From: a virus
Virus record (IMG/VR): IMGVR_UViG_3300044641_010328
Coordinates: 26,979-90,978 of that record
Length of the DNA: 64,000 bases
Direction: 5' to 3' (one strand)
The stretch's first letter is position 1. The number at the start of each line of letters is the position of its first letter. The notes beneath the pieces were generated by a model. It was not told where the DNA came from. It searched no databases and worked only from the letters and a program-made list of their open reading frames with translations. Positions 9,789-19,262 of this stretch are shown piece after piece. The position numbers and the translations under genes were made by a program.

Positions 9789-10337
9789 TTATCCGCCGGC
9801 AGTCTTGACTCCTGCGCCTACAGAGATTGGAACATCGACCATGCGATCCTCTCCCTCAAGTCCAAAATCGTACTGCTGATCAAGGATATCGACCATCTGT
9901 TCAACGTAACTCTGCCCATAATTTTTCTTCAAAAACTCTGAGGCTCTTGATACAACGACCTCTTCGACCTGCAGAAGCGTTCTTGAATTCATCACAAGTC
10001 TTGCAATCTTTTTGGTGAACATGTCGATGTCTAGAGGAGGCTTCTCAACCACAGGCTCCTTTGGTGCTTCCTTTGGAGTCTCGCTTCCTGTTGCCGGAGG
10101 TGCGCTCTCTTCACCTGCACCCTCTTCATCCTGCTCAAGGAGGAATCGAAGAGACAGATTGTTGAGAGACTCAAACATCTCTTCTTTTTCTTCTCCCGCA
10201 TCAATTGATTCCTTCTCGTACCTGATTATGAGGGCATCTATCTGATCATCAACAGAGTCGGGTGCAGGATCAACCTCCTGCATCATTCCTTCGACTGGTG
10301 AGTCAAGATCATCCTGCTCATGTATGCGACTTCTCAT
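9789..10337 (-). CDS. acidic hypothetical protein
   Basis: 182 aa ORF, ATGA-coupled to sod. Confidence 0.75.
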   Translation of the reverse strand: MRSRIHEQDDLDSPVEGMMQEVDPAPDSVDDQIDALIIRYEKESIDAGEEKEEMFESLNNLSLRFLLEQDEEGAGEESAPPATGSETPKEAPKEPVVEKPPLDIDMFTKKIARLVMNSRTLLQVEEVVVSRASEFLKKNYGQSYVEQMVDILDQQYDFGLEGEDRMVDVPISVGAGVKTAGG

Positions 10338-11032
10338 GGTGCTGTCCCCTTGAGAGCAAGTGCGATCTTCTCAGCTCTCTTTATTCTGTCCTCGATGACG
10401 CCCCAGTTGAGCTCCTTCATCATGGCATAAGTGTATGTCTTAACATCTGAGACATAATCCCTGTAATAGGCGTGTTGCCAGACATCCATGACAATGATGG
10501 GAATACAACCAACCGGAACACTTTGGCTGTGCAGATCGATGAAAGTGTTCATGTAGGTCTGCGTAAAGATGTTGAAATATGTGACTGCCCAACCGCAGCG
10601 TGCCGCAAGGCAGCATGCAATAAAATCAGTCTGCCACTTATCAAAGTCTCCAAAATCACGAGATAGCCTCATGTAGGAGAGCGTGTCCATGGAGATGTTG
10701 CTGGTAAGATCGCTGATGTTTGAGAAGTAAAGCTCGTGTAGGTAGACGCCATTCATGTTGTACGTCTCATCCTGCTTGAGAGATCTGAAAGCAGATCCGT
10801 TTGATTTGACATCTCCTCTATCGACTGTATCAAGCTCTGCGCTTATTCGATTGAAGGCCTCAAGATATCCCAGATATAGACCATTATGTGCCTTTTTTGT
10901 GGCAGCGCTCTGGAACTCTGTTGGCAGATTAAATGTCTTCTGCTGTGCAACCAGCGCCTCGTTGAGATTTTCCCTCTCTCCGAGGTGAAGAGACTCTGCA
11001 ATAACCTTGCTAATATCTGCGTTTTTGATCAT
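10334..11032 (-). CDS. sod: Fe/Mn superoxide dismutase family protein
   Basis: H..LY..Y, NG..LHELYF, GWAV and DVWQHAYY (canonical DxWEHxYY) motifs. Confidence 0.88.
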   Translation of the reverse strand: MIKNADISKVIAESLHLGERENLNEALVAQQKTFNLPTEFQSAATKKAHNGLYLGYLEAFNRISAELDTVDRGDVKSNGSAFRSLKQDETYNMNGVYLHELYFSNISDLTSNISMDTLSYMRLSRDFGDFDKWQTDFIACCLAARCGWAVTYFNIFTQTYMNTFIDLHSQSVPVGCIPIIVMDVWQHAYYRDYVSDVKTYTYAMMKELNWGVIEDRIKRAEKIALALKGTAP

Positions 11033-11033
11033 A

Positions 11034-11297
11034 CTAGAGTCCCTCGTAGTGTTTGAAGTCCTTCTGCGTGAGGACTATCTCGTTTCCGTCGCCGCTGTGC
11101 GCAATTATGCTAATCTTTCCCTTCAGTATGCGAACATCATCGACTGTGTACGTGAGGCCTGACTTCTTGTGGATGATCTTAAAACCGGGTGTGATTAGAA
11201 TCTTTTGGTTCTTTCCCTTTCCGACAGATACTTTCAGTGCTTCCTGAATGTATCTCTTCATCATATCCTGGATGTCATTTCCTGTGATTGTTCTCAT
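11034..11297 (-). CDS. hypothetical protein
   Basis: 87 aa ORF; ATAAATA motif upstream. Confidence 0.7.
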   Translation of the reverse strand: MRTITGNDIQDMMKRYIQEALKVSVGKGKNQKILITPGFKIIHKKSGLTYTVDDVRILKGKISIIAHSGDGNEIVLTQKDFKHYEGL

Positions 11298-11763
11298 CAG
11301 CTGAATCCGCCATTATGTTATTTATCTTCCTTACACGAATTCCTGCCACATTAAGCAGCCCTATGCCACTAGAATCTCTATATTCATCTCTGTAGACGAC
11401 TTCTGAGATTCCTGCGTTGATTATTGCCTTTGCACACATCTTGCAGGGACTCATGCTAATATACATTATCTTCTTCTTCGGGTTGTTATAGTCAAGCTTA
11501 ATAAGAGCATTAACCTCAGCATGAATGAACCCAGACTCTCCTGGATCTGATGATTCACGAGTGTTTGGTCCGCCTGCGTGATCACCGTTATATCCTAGAG
11601 CAAGAAGCTGCGTGTTATCGCTTGTGACTATTATTGAAGCAACCTTGTGAACTGGATCATTTGACCTCTTCTCTATTGTTCCAATGACCTCAATCCAGAT
11701 TTGGTCCCAGGATGGTCGATGCTGGTAGGTGTGTCTGAGATCATCTAGAAAATCACTTGCCAT
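11275..11763 (-). CDS. dCMP deaminase
   Basis: GYNG, HAEVNA and SPCKMC zinc motifs. Confidence 0.92.
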   Translation of the reverse strand: MASDFLDDLRHTYQHRPSWDQIWIEVIGTIEKRSNDPVHKVASIIVTSDNTQLLALGYNGDHAGGPNTRESSDPGESGFIHAEVNALIKLDYNNPKKKIMYISMSPCKMCAKAIINAGISEVVYRDEYRDSSGIGLLNVAGIRVRKINNIMADSADENNHRK

Positions 11764-12604
11764 TGGCTTCTACCTTGCTATCAAAGATTGTCTCAATATT
11801 TGTGTGTGCAGGCAAAGCAAAGCCTGCAGCCTTGCGGTGACCGCCTCCTCCAAACCTCTTTGCAATTTCGCTTACATCGGAGTCTTCGTGATGTGCTCTC
11901 AGACTTACCTTTACCTGCTGCGTATCGTGATCATAGTACCAGATTACCGCGAAGTCGCACTTAGGAGAAAGTGCAGCACCAATCTCGGACATCCAGTGCG
12001 GAGAATTGACAACAAGAACATCCTTACCTCCCATCTTTCTAGGAGCAGCCTGCTTCGCGATCTTGGAGATCACGGTCTTCGAGTATGCGAGAATGTAGGC
12101 GCCGCGCTCCTGCGCACTGTCAACCGCCGAATCGTCGAGGTACTTGTCAAACTCCTCGAAGTCATACGGTACCATGTCAAATGCAGCGGAAAACTCCTTG
12201 CTGTACGGAATTTCCCAACGCCAAAGGTCTCGGTCCTCAATGAACTTAATGAGGCGCGGTGCTTCCTTGCCGGGATGGAAGAACTTCCAAGCAAGCATTG
12301 CTCCGCTGTGGTTCATGTCGAACCGAGTGCAAGTGACATCATGGAGCTCAACAACAGCAGACTTGTGGTGATCGATAATAAGAAGGTTCTTGGCTTCCTT
12401 CATCAGTCGTTTTGTTGTCCCGTTGTCATAGGAGAAGTCGAGAACAACGACATTCTTTCCAGAGACATCTGGAGGTTGCTCTCCGTGCTTTGCTGCGTGA
12501 TATTCAGCTCTATCTCCTAGCAGCTTCCAGGCTGAATATGCTGCACCAAATCCATCAGTGCAATTTGCATGGTAGATCACCAGATCGACGCTACCCGGAT
12601 CCAT
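11753..12604 (-). CDS. DHH/DHHA1 family phosphoesterase
   Basis: YH..C.DG, VLDF, IDHH and GGGGH..AAGF motifs; start placed at the ATG overlapping the TK stop (track start 12640). Confidence 0.9.
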   Translation of the reverse strand: MDPGSVDLVIYHANCTDGFGAAYSAWKLLGDRAEYHAAKHGEQPPDVSGKNVVVLDFSYDNGTTKRLMKEAKNLLIIDHHKSAVVELHDVTCTRFDMNHSGAMLAWKFFHPGKEAPRLIKFIEDRDLWRWEIPYSKEFSAAFDMVPYDFEEFDKYLDDSAVDSAQERGAYILAYSKTVISKIAKQAAPRKMGGKDVLVVNSPHWMSEIGAALSPKCDFAVIWYYDHDTQQVKVSLRAHHEDSDVSEIAKRFGGGGHRKAAGFALPAHTNIETIFDSKVEANGK

Positions 12605-13161
12605 CAGAAATCCTGTACTCGATTGTGGTGATTCCAGCACCTTGGTGCGTATAGCTCAGATCCTCCCACAGCTATCTCCTCTAGGTTTTCAACCTTTCGA
12701 TCTGTGAAATATGCATCTGCTCCGCATGTCGTACAAACTGCAGAGCACTTCTCAACGTGTGTTGCCCAGGGTAGTATCTCCTTGATCTCAGGAAATACAT
12801 TGCACGAGGCAGACATCTCAATAGAGGCAACCACGACTGTGAACCCTGTCCTGTACAGAGAGATGAGCGCATCAGCAACGCCATCAATCATGAATGCTTC
12901 ATCAACTGCAATTACATCGGGTCGTGTCTCTTGTGCAGTCACAAATCTAAGAATATCCTCGCCATTTGATACATTTATTGCAGGAATCTTTCCGCCGTTG
13001 TGCGTGCAGATCTCGCTCTCTGTGTACCTGTCGTCAAGACGGGGCTTGAATGCGAGAATCTTTAAACCCTTGTACCTAAATCTATCGACAAGCGCGATGA
13101 GTCGCGTTGTCTTTGAACCCATCATTGGGCCTGTAAAGACATGAAAACTTGGGTTGATCAT
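12604..13161 (-). CDS. tdk: thymidine kinase
   Basis: GPMMGSKTT, VDEAF, C..C and GG..Y.P.C motifs; start set at the ATGA overlap with the epimerase. Confidence 0.92.
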   Translation of the reverse strand: MINPSFHVFTGPMMGSKTTRLIALVDRFRYKGLKILAFKPRLDDRYTESEICTHNGGKIPAINVSNGEDILRFVTAQETRPDVIAVDEAFMIDGVADALISLYRTGFTVVVASIEMSASCNVFPEIKEILPWATHVEKCSAVCTTCGADAYFTDRKVENLEEIAVGGSELYAPRCWNHHNRVQDF

Positions 13162-14153
13162 TTGAGCTTCCACCATTGAAGAGTCCTCTCTAGTCCATCC
13201 CAAAATGTGACCTTAGGTACATATCCAAAGTCACGTTGAGCAGCTCCATAATCACCTAGCGTGTGCATAACGTCTCCTTGTCGCCAGGGAGCATTAACAA
13301 CCTCAATATTCTTGAACTCACTCATAAGATGCTCAAGAATCTCCTTGTTTGATGTGCGCTGGCCACAGCAAACATTATACCTCTCACCCGTAAACTTTTT
13401 AAGTGAAAACGCTGCAAGCACGTTTGCATCGACGACGTTGTCAACGTAACAAAGATCTCTAGACTGTGTCCCGTCTCCGTCAGACCTCAAGGGCGTTCCA
13501 GCCGATATTGCATTGCACCATGCTGAAACCGCTGTCGAATAGGGTGAATCACCCATCTGTCCCGGTCCAAATACGTTAAAATACCGCAGAAGGACAACAT
13601 CGAGATCGTATAGCCTGCTGAATAGTGCTGAAAAGTCCTCTAGGCATGACTTCTGTAGTGCATAAGGAGACTTTGGACTCTTTGGTTCAGATTCAGACGT
13701 TGGCATGACGTCAGCGCCTCCGTACACTGAGGAGGAGGATGCAGCAACGACTCTTCGTACGTTTCCGACGCACGCCTTGATTAAGATGACATACTTCATA
13801 AGATTTTCATCAGTTGTCTCAACTGGGTGCTCAACAGAGTAAGACACGCGTGGGACGGCTGCCTGGTGAAAAACGACGTCATATTTCTTCTGATGGATCC
13901 TATCAAGCACAACAGGCGACGCAAAGTCATCCTCTATCACCCAGACCTGACTCGGATTTCTGCTATCAATCTGTGACTCGTAGATTGACACAAGATTTCC
14001 AATGAATGTCTTGACATCAAGTCCAGAAAAATTATCCAGACTTCCATTCACCATATTGTCAACCACGTCTACTGTGTGCCCATCAGCAACTAGACGCTTT
14101 ACGAGGTTTGAGCCAATGAATCCGGCTCCTCCCGTCACTAGAACATTTGCCAT
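13158..14153 (-). CDS. NAD-dependent NDP-sugar epimerase/dehydratase (extended SDR)
   Basis: TGGAGFIG, HQAA, ASSSSVYG, YxxxK (YALQK) and LRYFNVFGP motifs. Confidence 0.92.
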   Translation of the reverse strand: MANVLVTGGAGFIGSNLVKRLVADGHTVDVVDNMVNGSLDNFSGLDVKTFIGNLVSIYESQIDSRNPSQVWVIEDDFASPVVLDRIHQKKYDVVFHQAAVPRVSYSVEHPVETTDENLMKYVILIKACVGNVRRVVAASSSSVYGGADVMPTSESEPKSPKSPYALQKSCLEDFSALFSRLYDLDVVLLRYFNVFGPGQMGDSPYSTAVSAWCNAISAGTPLRSDGDGTQSRDLCYVDNVVDANVLAAFSLKKFTGERYNVCCGQRTSNKEILEHLMSEFKNIEVVNAPWRQGDVMHTLGDYGAAQRDFGYVPKVTFWDGLERTLQWWKLK

Positions 14154-14186
14154 GATTTAGATTCTCCTGTGCTCCATTCTATCATG

Positions 14187-15059
14187 CTAAGGAACAATGT
14201 GTGCACAATTTAGGCACACTTTGACTCGAATATCTCTAGATTCAAGACCAATCAAATTCTGAGCCTTGAAACCAATGTGAATCAGCGCATCAAGATCTAT
14301 CTTCAGATTTTTTGGCACGTTGGTTGATCTGCACACAATGTCAAGGACATCATGCTCTGGTCTATGCATAAATCGAACGTATGATATGCAGCTTGAATTT
14401 GCTGTTACAAACCTACGGGATCCTGCTCCCTGACCCGACTCCATCTCTTTTATGATTCTGTCCATAAGATCATCATTTATCTGCCCGTAATATTCCTCTT
14501 CACCTGGCACTGAGAGTGCACCTGGTCCGAGGTTGTCAGACTGAGATGCAATCACCTCAAACTTCAAATCAAGAGATTCATTTCTCCCTGTGGCAGACAG
14601 CGCACTCTCAACATAGTTTGTCATCTTTTCTGTGCTTACAAACTCTCTGCTATGAACAATGTCGCGAACCGCCTCGGGATCTGGAATTCCCTTGCATGTA
14701 ATCACAGAAGGATGGTCTCTCAGCGCCAGTGATTGTGTGTTGAATGCCTCCCACGTGGTCCGTAGTGAACCAAGGTCGTGCATCTCATCGCCTCTGGCAG
14801 CAAACCGCGCTGTAACTGTGCTCCATTCGGGTGCAAGAAAGACGACAACATTATTCAAATCATCGAGAAACCTGTGAAGCTCGCCGGACTCGTGGCTGTT
14901 ATCACGGCCAAAGATCTTTGGATACACAGCACGACTGATGTGACCCCGATCTCGAATATCATACCTGAAGTTTGTAGACCTGTGAAGTTGTCCGTAGAAA
15001 GTTGACTTGCCCGAGAGATCACAGCCCTCAAGAACAATCTGCCTTGTTGGTAGCCTCAT
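14187..15059 (-). CDS. dNMP (thymidylate)-kinase / thymidylate-synthase-like fusion, putative dCMP-modifying enzyme
   Basis: N-terminal EGCDLSGKST P-loop plus DR motif. C-terminal SRR..SC..F..RSTN....D..AHI matches the order of TS active-site motifs. Confidence 0.75.
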   Translation of the reverse strand: MRLPTRQIVLEGCDLSGKSTFYGQLHRSTNFRYDIRDRGHISRAVYPKIFGRDNSHESGELHRFLDDLNNVVVFLAPEWSTVTARFAARGDEMHDLGSLRTTWEAFNTQSLALRDHPSVITCKGIPDPEAVRDIVHSREFVSTEKMTNYVESALSATGRNESLDLKFEVIASQSDNLGPGALSVPGEEEYYGQINDDLMDRIIKEMESGQGAGSRRFVTANSSCISYVRFMHRPEHDVLDIVCRSTNVPKNLKIDLDALIHIGFKAQNLIGLESRDIRVKVCLNCAHIVP

Positions 15060-18000
15060 ACCTGAATCTTCCTCATCTTGTTATTGTTCGTGGAGAATCC
15101 CCAGTTCGGATCCTTGCTGACCTCTGCGATGTAGATCTCGTAGTGGTTAAGTGGCATCTCGCCCCAGATCCGGAGATTGACCGTCTGCATCTCATTATCG
15201 CACACCTGTGCCCGAATGAAACCTTTACCATTCTTGGTCTTCTTTACATTGAAGTCCTTCACCAGGAACCAGCAGATCCCCTTCTCATTGTCGCCAACCT
15301 CAGTGATCGGACCAACCTGTGCCTTCTTGATCTTGGCGATGATGTCCTCGGGGAACATCAGGTCCTCACGAGAGGTCGAGGTGAGATCGAAGTACATCTT
15401 CAGCTTCTCAGATCGAGTCCAATCCGGAAGATTCTCGTAGTTCTCAAACAGCTTCCAGAAGGTGACCTCAGGCTGCCGACCTTCCTTGATCAGCTTCTTC
15501 ATCTCGGTCTTGGTGTATCCGAACCGACCGCGCCTGAGGATGTCGTAGTTCTTTTCCTCAGTCAGGGTCGCCAAGAGCTGGCGGTGATTTGTCACCTTGC
15601 CGGACTTGAAGTCCTCCAGCGATCGAAGCGCCTCGACGCTGCAGAGCGAGGTGAGTGTGGTCTTGTTCACCTTTGAGTGCCTCCAGGCGCCGTCCTCAGT
15701 GTACAGCATGGACTCGATCGAGATGTAGGGGCGGTTGTCCATGATCTCGGCAACAGCCGTTTCGCCTACTCCCTTGATGGAGGACAGCGGCGGAACGAAG
15801 CCCTGCAGTTCGTGGCTGTACATCCAGACAAGACCCGAGCTATTGATGTCTGGTGGGTGGATCTTGAATCCCTGCTCCTTGATCTCAGTTGCAACCTTCG
15901 CAAGGCCTTCGGGATTAGAGTTCTCGGACTGGAGGCAGGTGGCAAGCCATTCCTCCTCGTAGTGCTTGTGAAGCCAGGCAGCGTAGTAGGAATCGACAGC
16001 ATACGATACGGAGTGAGACTTGTTGAAGCCATATGCAGAGAATGCCTCGATCGTCTCGTAGAGCTCTGTCGCATCCTTGACTGACATGCCGTTCAGGTTC
16101 ACCGCACCATCAACAAACCGCTTGCGAAGGTCCTCGCGCTCCTTGGCCTTCTTCTCATTCATGTCCAGAGACTTCTTGACCAGAGTCTTACGCATCTGAT
16201 CAGATTCACCGGGATTGAAGCCAGCAAGCTTCTGTGCCAGGAGCATGAACTGCTCCTGGTAGACGACGAATCCGTGTGTCGGCCCGAGGACGTCCTTCAG
16301 GATTGGATGCTTATAGGTTGCAAGCCCCTTGTTCTTGACCTCGACATACTTCTTGTGGACACCGGCAGCGAGTGGACCAGGACGATAGATCGCGGTGATG
16401 GCGGACAGGTCCTCGATCGAGGTGGGCTTCGCCTCGAGGCAGAACTTTCGAGCACCGCTGTTTGTGAACTGGAAGACCTGTGTGAATCGCCCCTCGTGAT
16501 AGACGTGCTTCCAGACGTCCTGGTCATCCATCTCGTTGTATCGAATGTTTAGATTCTTGTCGAAGAAGTCCTTGACCTGTGCGAAAGTCGGATCCTTGAT
16601 GCCATGCCGTGTCTGGAGGACCATTCGAATGCAGTCCTCAACCATCTTCAGAAGAGAGAGACCGAGGAAGTCGAACTTGAGGAAGCCGTTCTCCTCGAGA
16701 TGCCGGAAGTTCATACCTTCAGACCAGGGTGTCTGGATCTCACCGCGGACTGAGATGACCGGCATGTGATCCTCAAGCTTTGGGCAGATGAGGACGCCGC
16801 CTGCATGCCGGCCAATCGATCGTGTTTCCATGAAGAGAGACTGGACCTGCTCACAGAGCTCCGGATACTTCTCCATGAAGATCTTGTACTTTTCAGAGTA
16901 CTTCATGCAGTCAGCGTGAGACAGGACGTAGGTGCTCTTTTCCTCGTGGTCACCTAGTGCCCTGTGCATGACATCGTCCTGCAGCGGACCAGTGACCTCG
17001 TTCACCTCCTCGAACGGAATACCATGGAACTTTGCGATGTCCTTAATCAGGGACTTCAGCTTCAAGGTATTGAAGTTCGAGACCGGAACAACAGAGGCCT
17101 CTCCGAATAGCTTGCGTGCCTCATCGATTAGAACATCACGATCACCGACGTCAGTGTCGATGTCAGGCCACGCGACCTTGTGGCGACCGAGGAACCGCTC
17201 CCACAGGAGGTCGTACTTGATCGGATCAACCGATGTGATGCCGAGGACGTAGTTGACCAGAGATCCTGCACCCGATCCGCGACCAGGACCGATCAGCGTT
17301 CGATGCTGTGCACGGTCGAAGACGAAATAGAGAGTGAGGAAGTAGTTCTCGAACTTGAGATACTTGATGTCATCAAGCTCCATCTTCAGTCGTTCGACGT
17401 ATTCAGGTTTCGTGTGAAGACCGAGCTCAACAAGACCCTTCTTGCACATGTCAAGGAGCTGGTTGAAGGCAGTCTGCTCGGGCTTGTTAAAGCTCGGAAG
17501 CTTTGCAGAGGAATCGAAGGAGATCTCCTCACACTTTTCCCAGGCGATGTCATGAGTCCGCTCGATCGACTCCTTGACCAGAAGCTCAGTCCCCTTGTAG
17601 AAGTCGTGCTGGTCCTTGTGAGCAAGGTACTCATCCCACATCTGCTGTGCGTTCTTAGGATACAGCTCGCACTTGAGCTCCTCGAAGGCAGGCAGCGTCT
17701 GCTTCTGCATGTCATCAGAGCGGCCGCCCATACGGCCAAGCTTCTTGTAGAGCTCACGCGCCTGCCAGACGTTCGGGCTGTAGTAGTGAGAATCTGCGGT
17801 CGCGATCGTCTTGATGCCGGTGCGCTTCGACAGGTCAATCAGGTGCTTGTTGGTCGTGTGCTGGATGTCAAGCTTGTTGAACTGGAGCTCGAGGAAGAAG
17901 TTGTCGATTCCAACCGCATCGACAAATCGATCCGTGTGATTTTGGAGCTCACGCTGGATCTGCTCATGAGGCTTCTTCAGCGCCTCACCGCGAATCGAGG

Positions 18001-18613
18001 TCGAAGCAAGAAGGCCTCCGACACATGCAGTCGAGACCACAAGCCCTTCACCATGCTGCTTGAGCATGTTGTAATCGATGCGAGGAAACTTGTAGTAGCC
18101 CTCGACGTAGGACCGCTTGACAAGGTTGAACAGGTTCTTGAGCCCAGTTCGATTCTTGGCAAAGACGACCAGATGATACCGGCGCTTCCATTCATCTGCA
18201 TCATCAGAGTCAACAGACTTGGTCTCCTCCTCGTCCTCGACAACAAGGCCTCCGGTCACCTCCTCCTCAGCGAGGATGTCAATCTTCTCAGGCTTGCCTT
18301 CCTCGTTCTTTGCGCGTTTTGCCTCGAAGTGAGCAGCGCGCTTCTTTTCCCAATCAAGAAGAGATGGGACAAAGTAGAACTCGACGCCATAAAGCTGCCG
18401 GTACTTACGTCCCTTACCCTTCATTTTCCTAGAATAGGTGTGAGCGTGAGCGAGGCCGTTGCCGCTACCGTGGTCAGTCAGCGCCCATGCGTCCATGCCA
18501 TTATGGAGGACCCAGTCGATGTGCTTATCAGGATAGCCAAGTCCGTCATTGACGCTGAAACCTGAGTGCGCATGCAAACCGACAAAACGATTCGGTGGTT
18601 CGATGATGCTCAT
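15056..18613 (-). CDS. dnaE: DNA polymerase III alpha subunit (DnaE) with PHP domain
   Basis: LHAHS, TDHG, GPGRGSGAGS, PDIDTD, HAGGV, KFDFLGL, YRPGP and GFNKSH motifs. Confidence 0.97.
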   Translation of the reverse strand: MSIIEPPNRFVGLHAHSGFSVNDGLGYPDKHIDWVLHNGMDAWALTDHGSGNGLAHAHTYSRKMKGKGRKYRQLYGVEFYFVPSLLDWEKKRAAHFEAKRAKNEEGKPEKIDILAEEEVTGGLVVEDEEETKSVDSDDADEWKRRYHLVVFAKNRTGLKNLFNLVKRSYVEGYYKFPRIDYNMLKQHGEGLVVSTACVGGLLASTSIRGEALKKPHEQIQRELQNHTDRFVDAVGIDNFFLELQFNKLDIQHTTNKHLIDLSKRTGIKTIATADSHYYSPNVWQARELYKKLGRMGGRSDDMQKQTLPAFEELKCELYPKNAQQMWDEYLAHKDQHDFYKGTELLVKESIERTHDIAWEKCEEISFDSSAKLPSFNKPEQTAFNQLLDMCKKGLVELGLHTKPEYVERLKMELDDIKYLKFENYFLTLYFVFDRAQHRTLIGPGRGSGAGSLVNYVLGITSVDPIKYDLLWERFLGRHKVAWPDIDTDVGDRDVLIDEARKLFGEASVVPVSNFNTLKLKSLIKDIAKFHGIPFEEVNEVTGPLQDDVMHRALGDHEEKSTYVLSHADCMKYSEKYKIFMEKYPELCEQVQSLFMETRSIGRHAGGVLICPKLEDHMPVISVRGEIQTPWSEGMNFRHLEENGFLKFDFLGLSLLKMVEDCIRMVLQTRHGIKDPTFAQVKDFFDKNLNIRYNEMDDQDVWKHVYHEGRFTQVFQFTNSGARKFCLEAKPTSIEDLSAITAIYRPGPLAAGVHKKYVEVKNKGLATYKHPILKDVLGPTHGFVVYQEQFMLLAQKLAGFNPGESDQMRKTLVKKSLDMNEKKAKEREDLRKRFVDGAVNLNGMSVKDATELYETIEAFSAYGFNKSHSVSYAVDSYYAAWLHKHYEEEWLATCLQSENSNPEGLAKVATEIKEQGFKIHPPDINSSGLVWMYSHELQGFVPPLSSIKGVGETAVAEIMDNRPYISIESMLYTEDGAWRHSKVNKTTLTSLCSVEALRSLEDFKSGKVTNHRQLLATLTEEKNYDILRRGRFGYTKTEMKKLIKEGRQPEVTFWKLFENYENLPDWTRSEKLKMYFDLTSTSREDLMFPEDIIAKIKKAQVGPITEVGDNEKGICWFLVKDFNVKKTKNGKGFIRAQVCDNEMQTVNLRIWGEMPLNHYEIYIAEVSKDPNWGFSTNNNKMRKIQV

Positions 18614-18630
18614 TTGTTTTCTCTCGATTT

Positions 18631-18659
18631 ATTGTATGTGTGCAGTAGCGAGAATACAA
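18631..18659 (-). promoter_or_regulatory. sigma70-like promoter of the dnaE operon
   Basis: TTGTAT-17 nt-TACAAT on the minus strand. Confidence 0.6.
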
Positions 18660-18660
18660 G

Positions 18661-19161
18661 CTAGTTGTCGAAAGCTATGACCATTCGGATCTTGTCAGAT
18701 AGATCCTGGTCTCCGACAATTTCTGCAAGGGTGCCTGTCCAGGCCATCTCCTTGCAATTATTGTCGGGACCCGGCAGAAGGATCCGAGACACTTCCATCT
18801 GTGGAACAGGAATCGTCTCGTGGTAGTTATCAGCAGCCCAGAGATCATCTGGATTTGTCTCCTCGCCATCTTCTTTTCTGTAGGAAAGAAAGAGATCACG
18901 ATTTGCCTGCCTAACTTCTGAAGGTGTTAGCCAGGTGTGGCTGTGAAGATCGCGGCCCCAGACATCAACGAGCTGCCTCCAGGCATTTGAGCAATCAGCC
19001 GGCACACCTCGTTCTGCAGTTTCTAGATTTCCAGCTGGATGCCTGACACCTGCAATGATTCCGAACCAGCTATAGCTTCTTGAGTCATTGATGTGCTCAA
19101 AGGCAATCCAGGGTCCGTCTGATGTCTTGAATTCCCAGAATCCGTGAATATCGCAACCCAC
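18661..19161 (-). CDS. conserved phage hypothetical protein (MGCDIH-type)
   Basis: GCDIH..E, R.Y..F..IAGVR, RGVP.D and HSHTWLT pattern; GGAG RBS; TGTTATAAT extended -10 upstream. Confidence 0.8.
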   Translation of the reverse strand: MGCDIHGFWEFKTSDGPWIAFEHINDSRSYSWFGIIAGVRHPAGNLETAERGVPADCSNAWRQLVDVWGRDLHSHTWLTPSEVRQANRDLFLSYRKEDGEETNPDDLWAADNYHETIPVPQMEVSRILLPGPDNNCKEMAWTGTLAEIVGDQDLSDKIRMVIAFDN

Positions 19162-19262
19162 AGTGCATCTCCTATGACTCTATTATAACACAAGCTCGGC
19201 CCGTCGCACGAGACCATGCGCGGGCCGATTGTTTTGTCGCCGACCGGCGATTAGTGACTGCC

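Noticed and set aside
17180-18565. 461-aa plus-strand ORF (also 11729..12520, 23819..24703, 34069..34917, 50293..50946 and other plus-strand ORFs)
   Set aside because: These are antisense shadows of well-supported, codon-biased minus-strand genes; they show no recognisable motifs or RBS.
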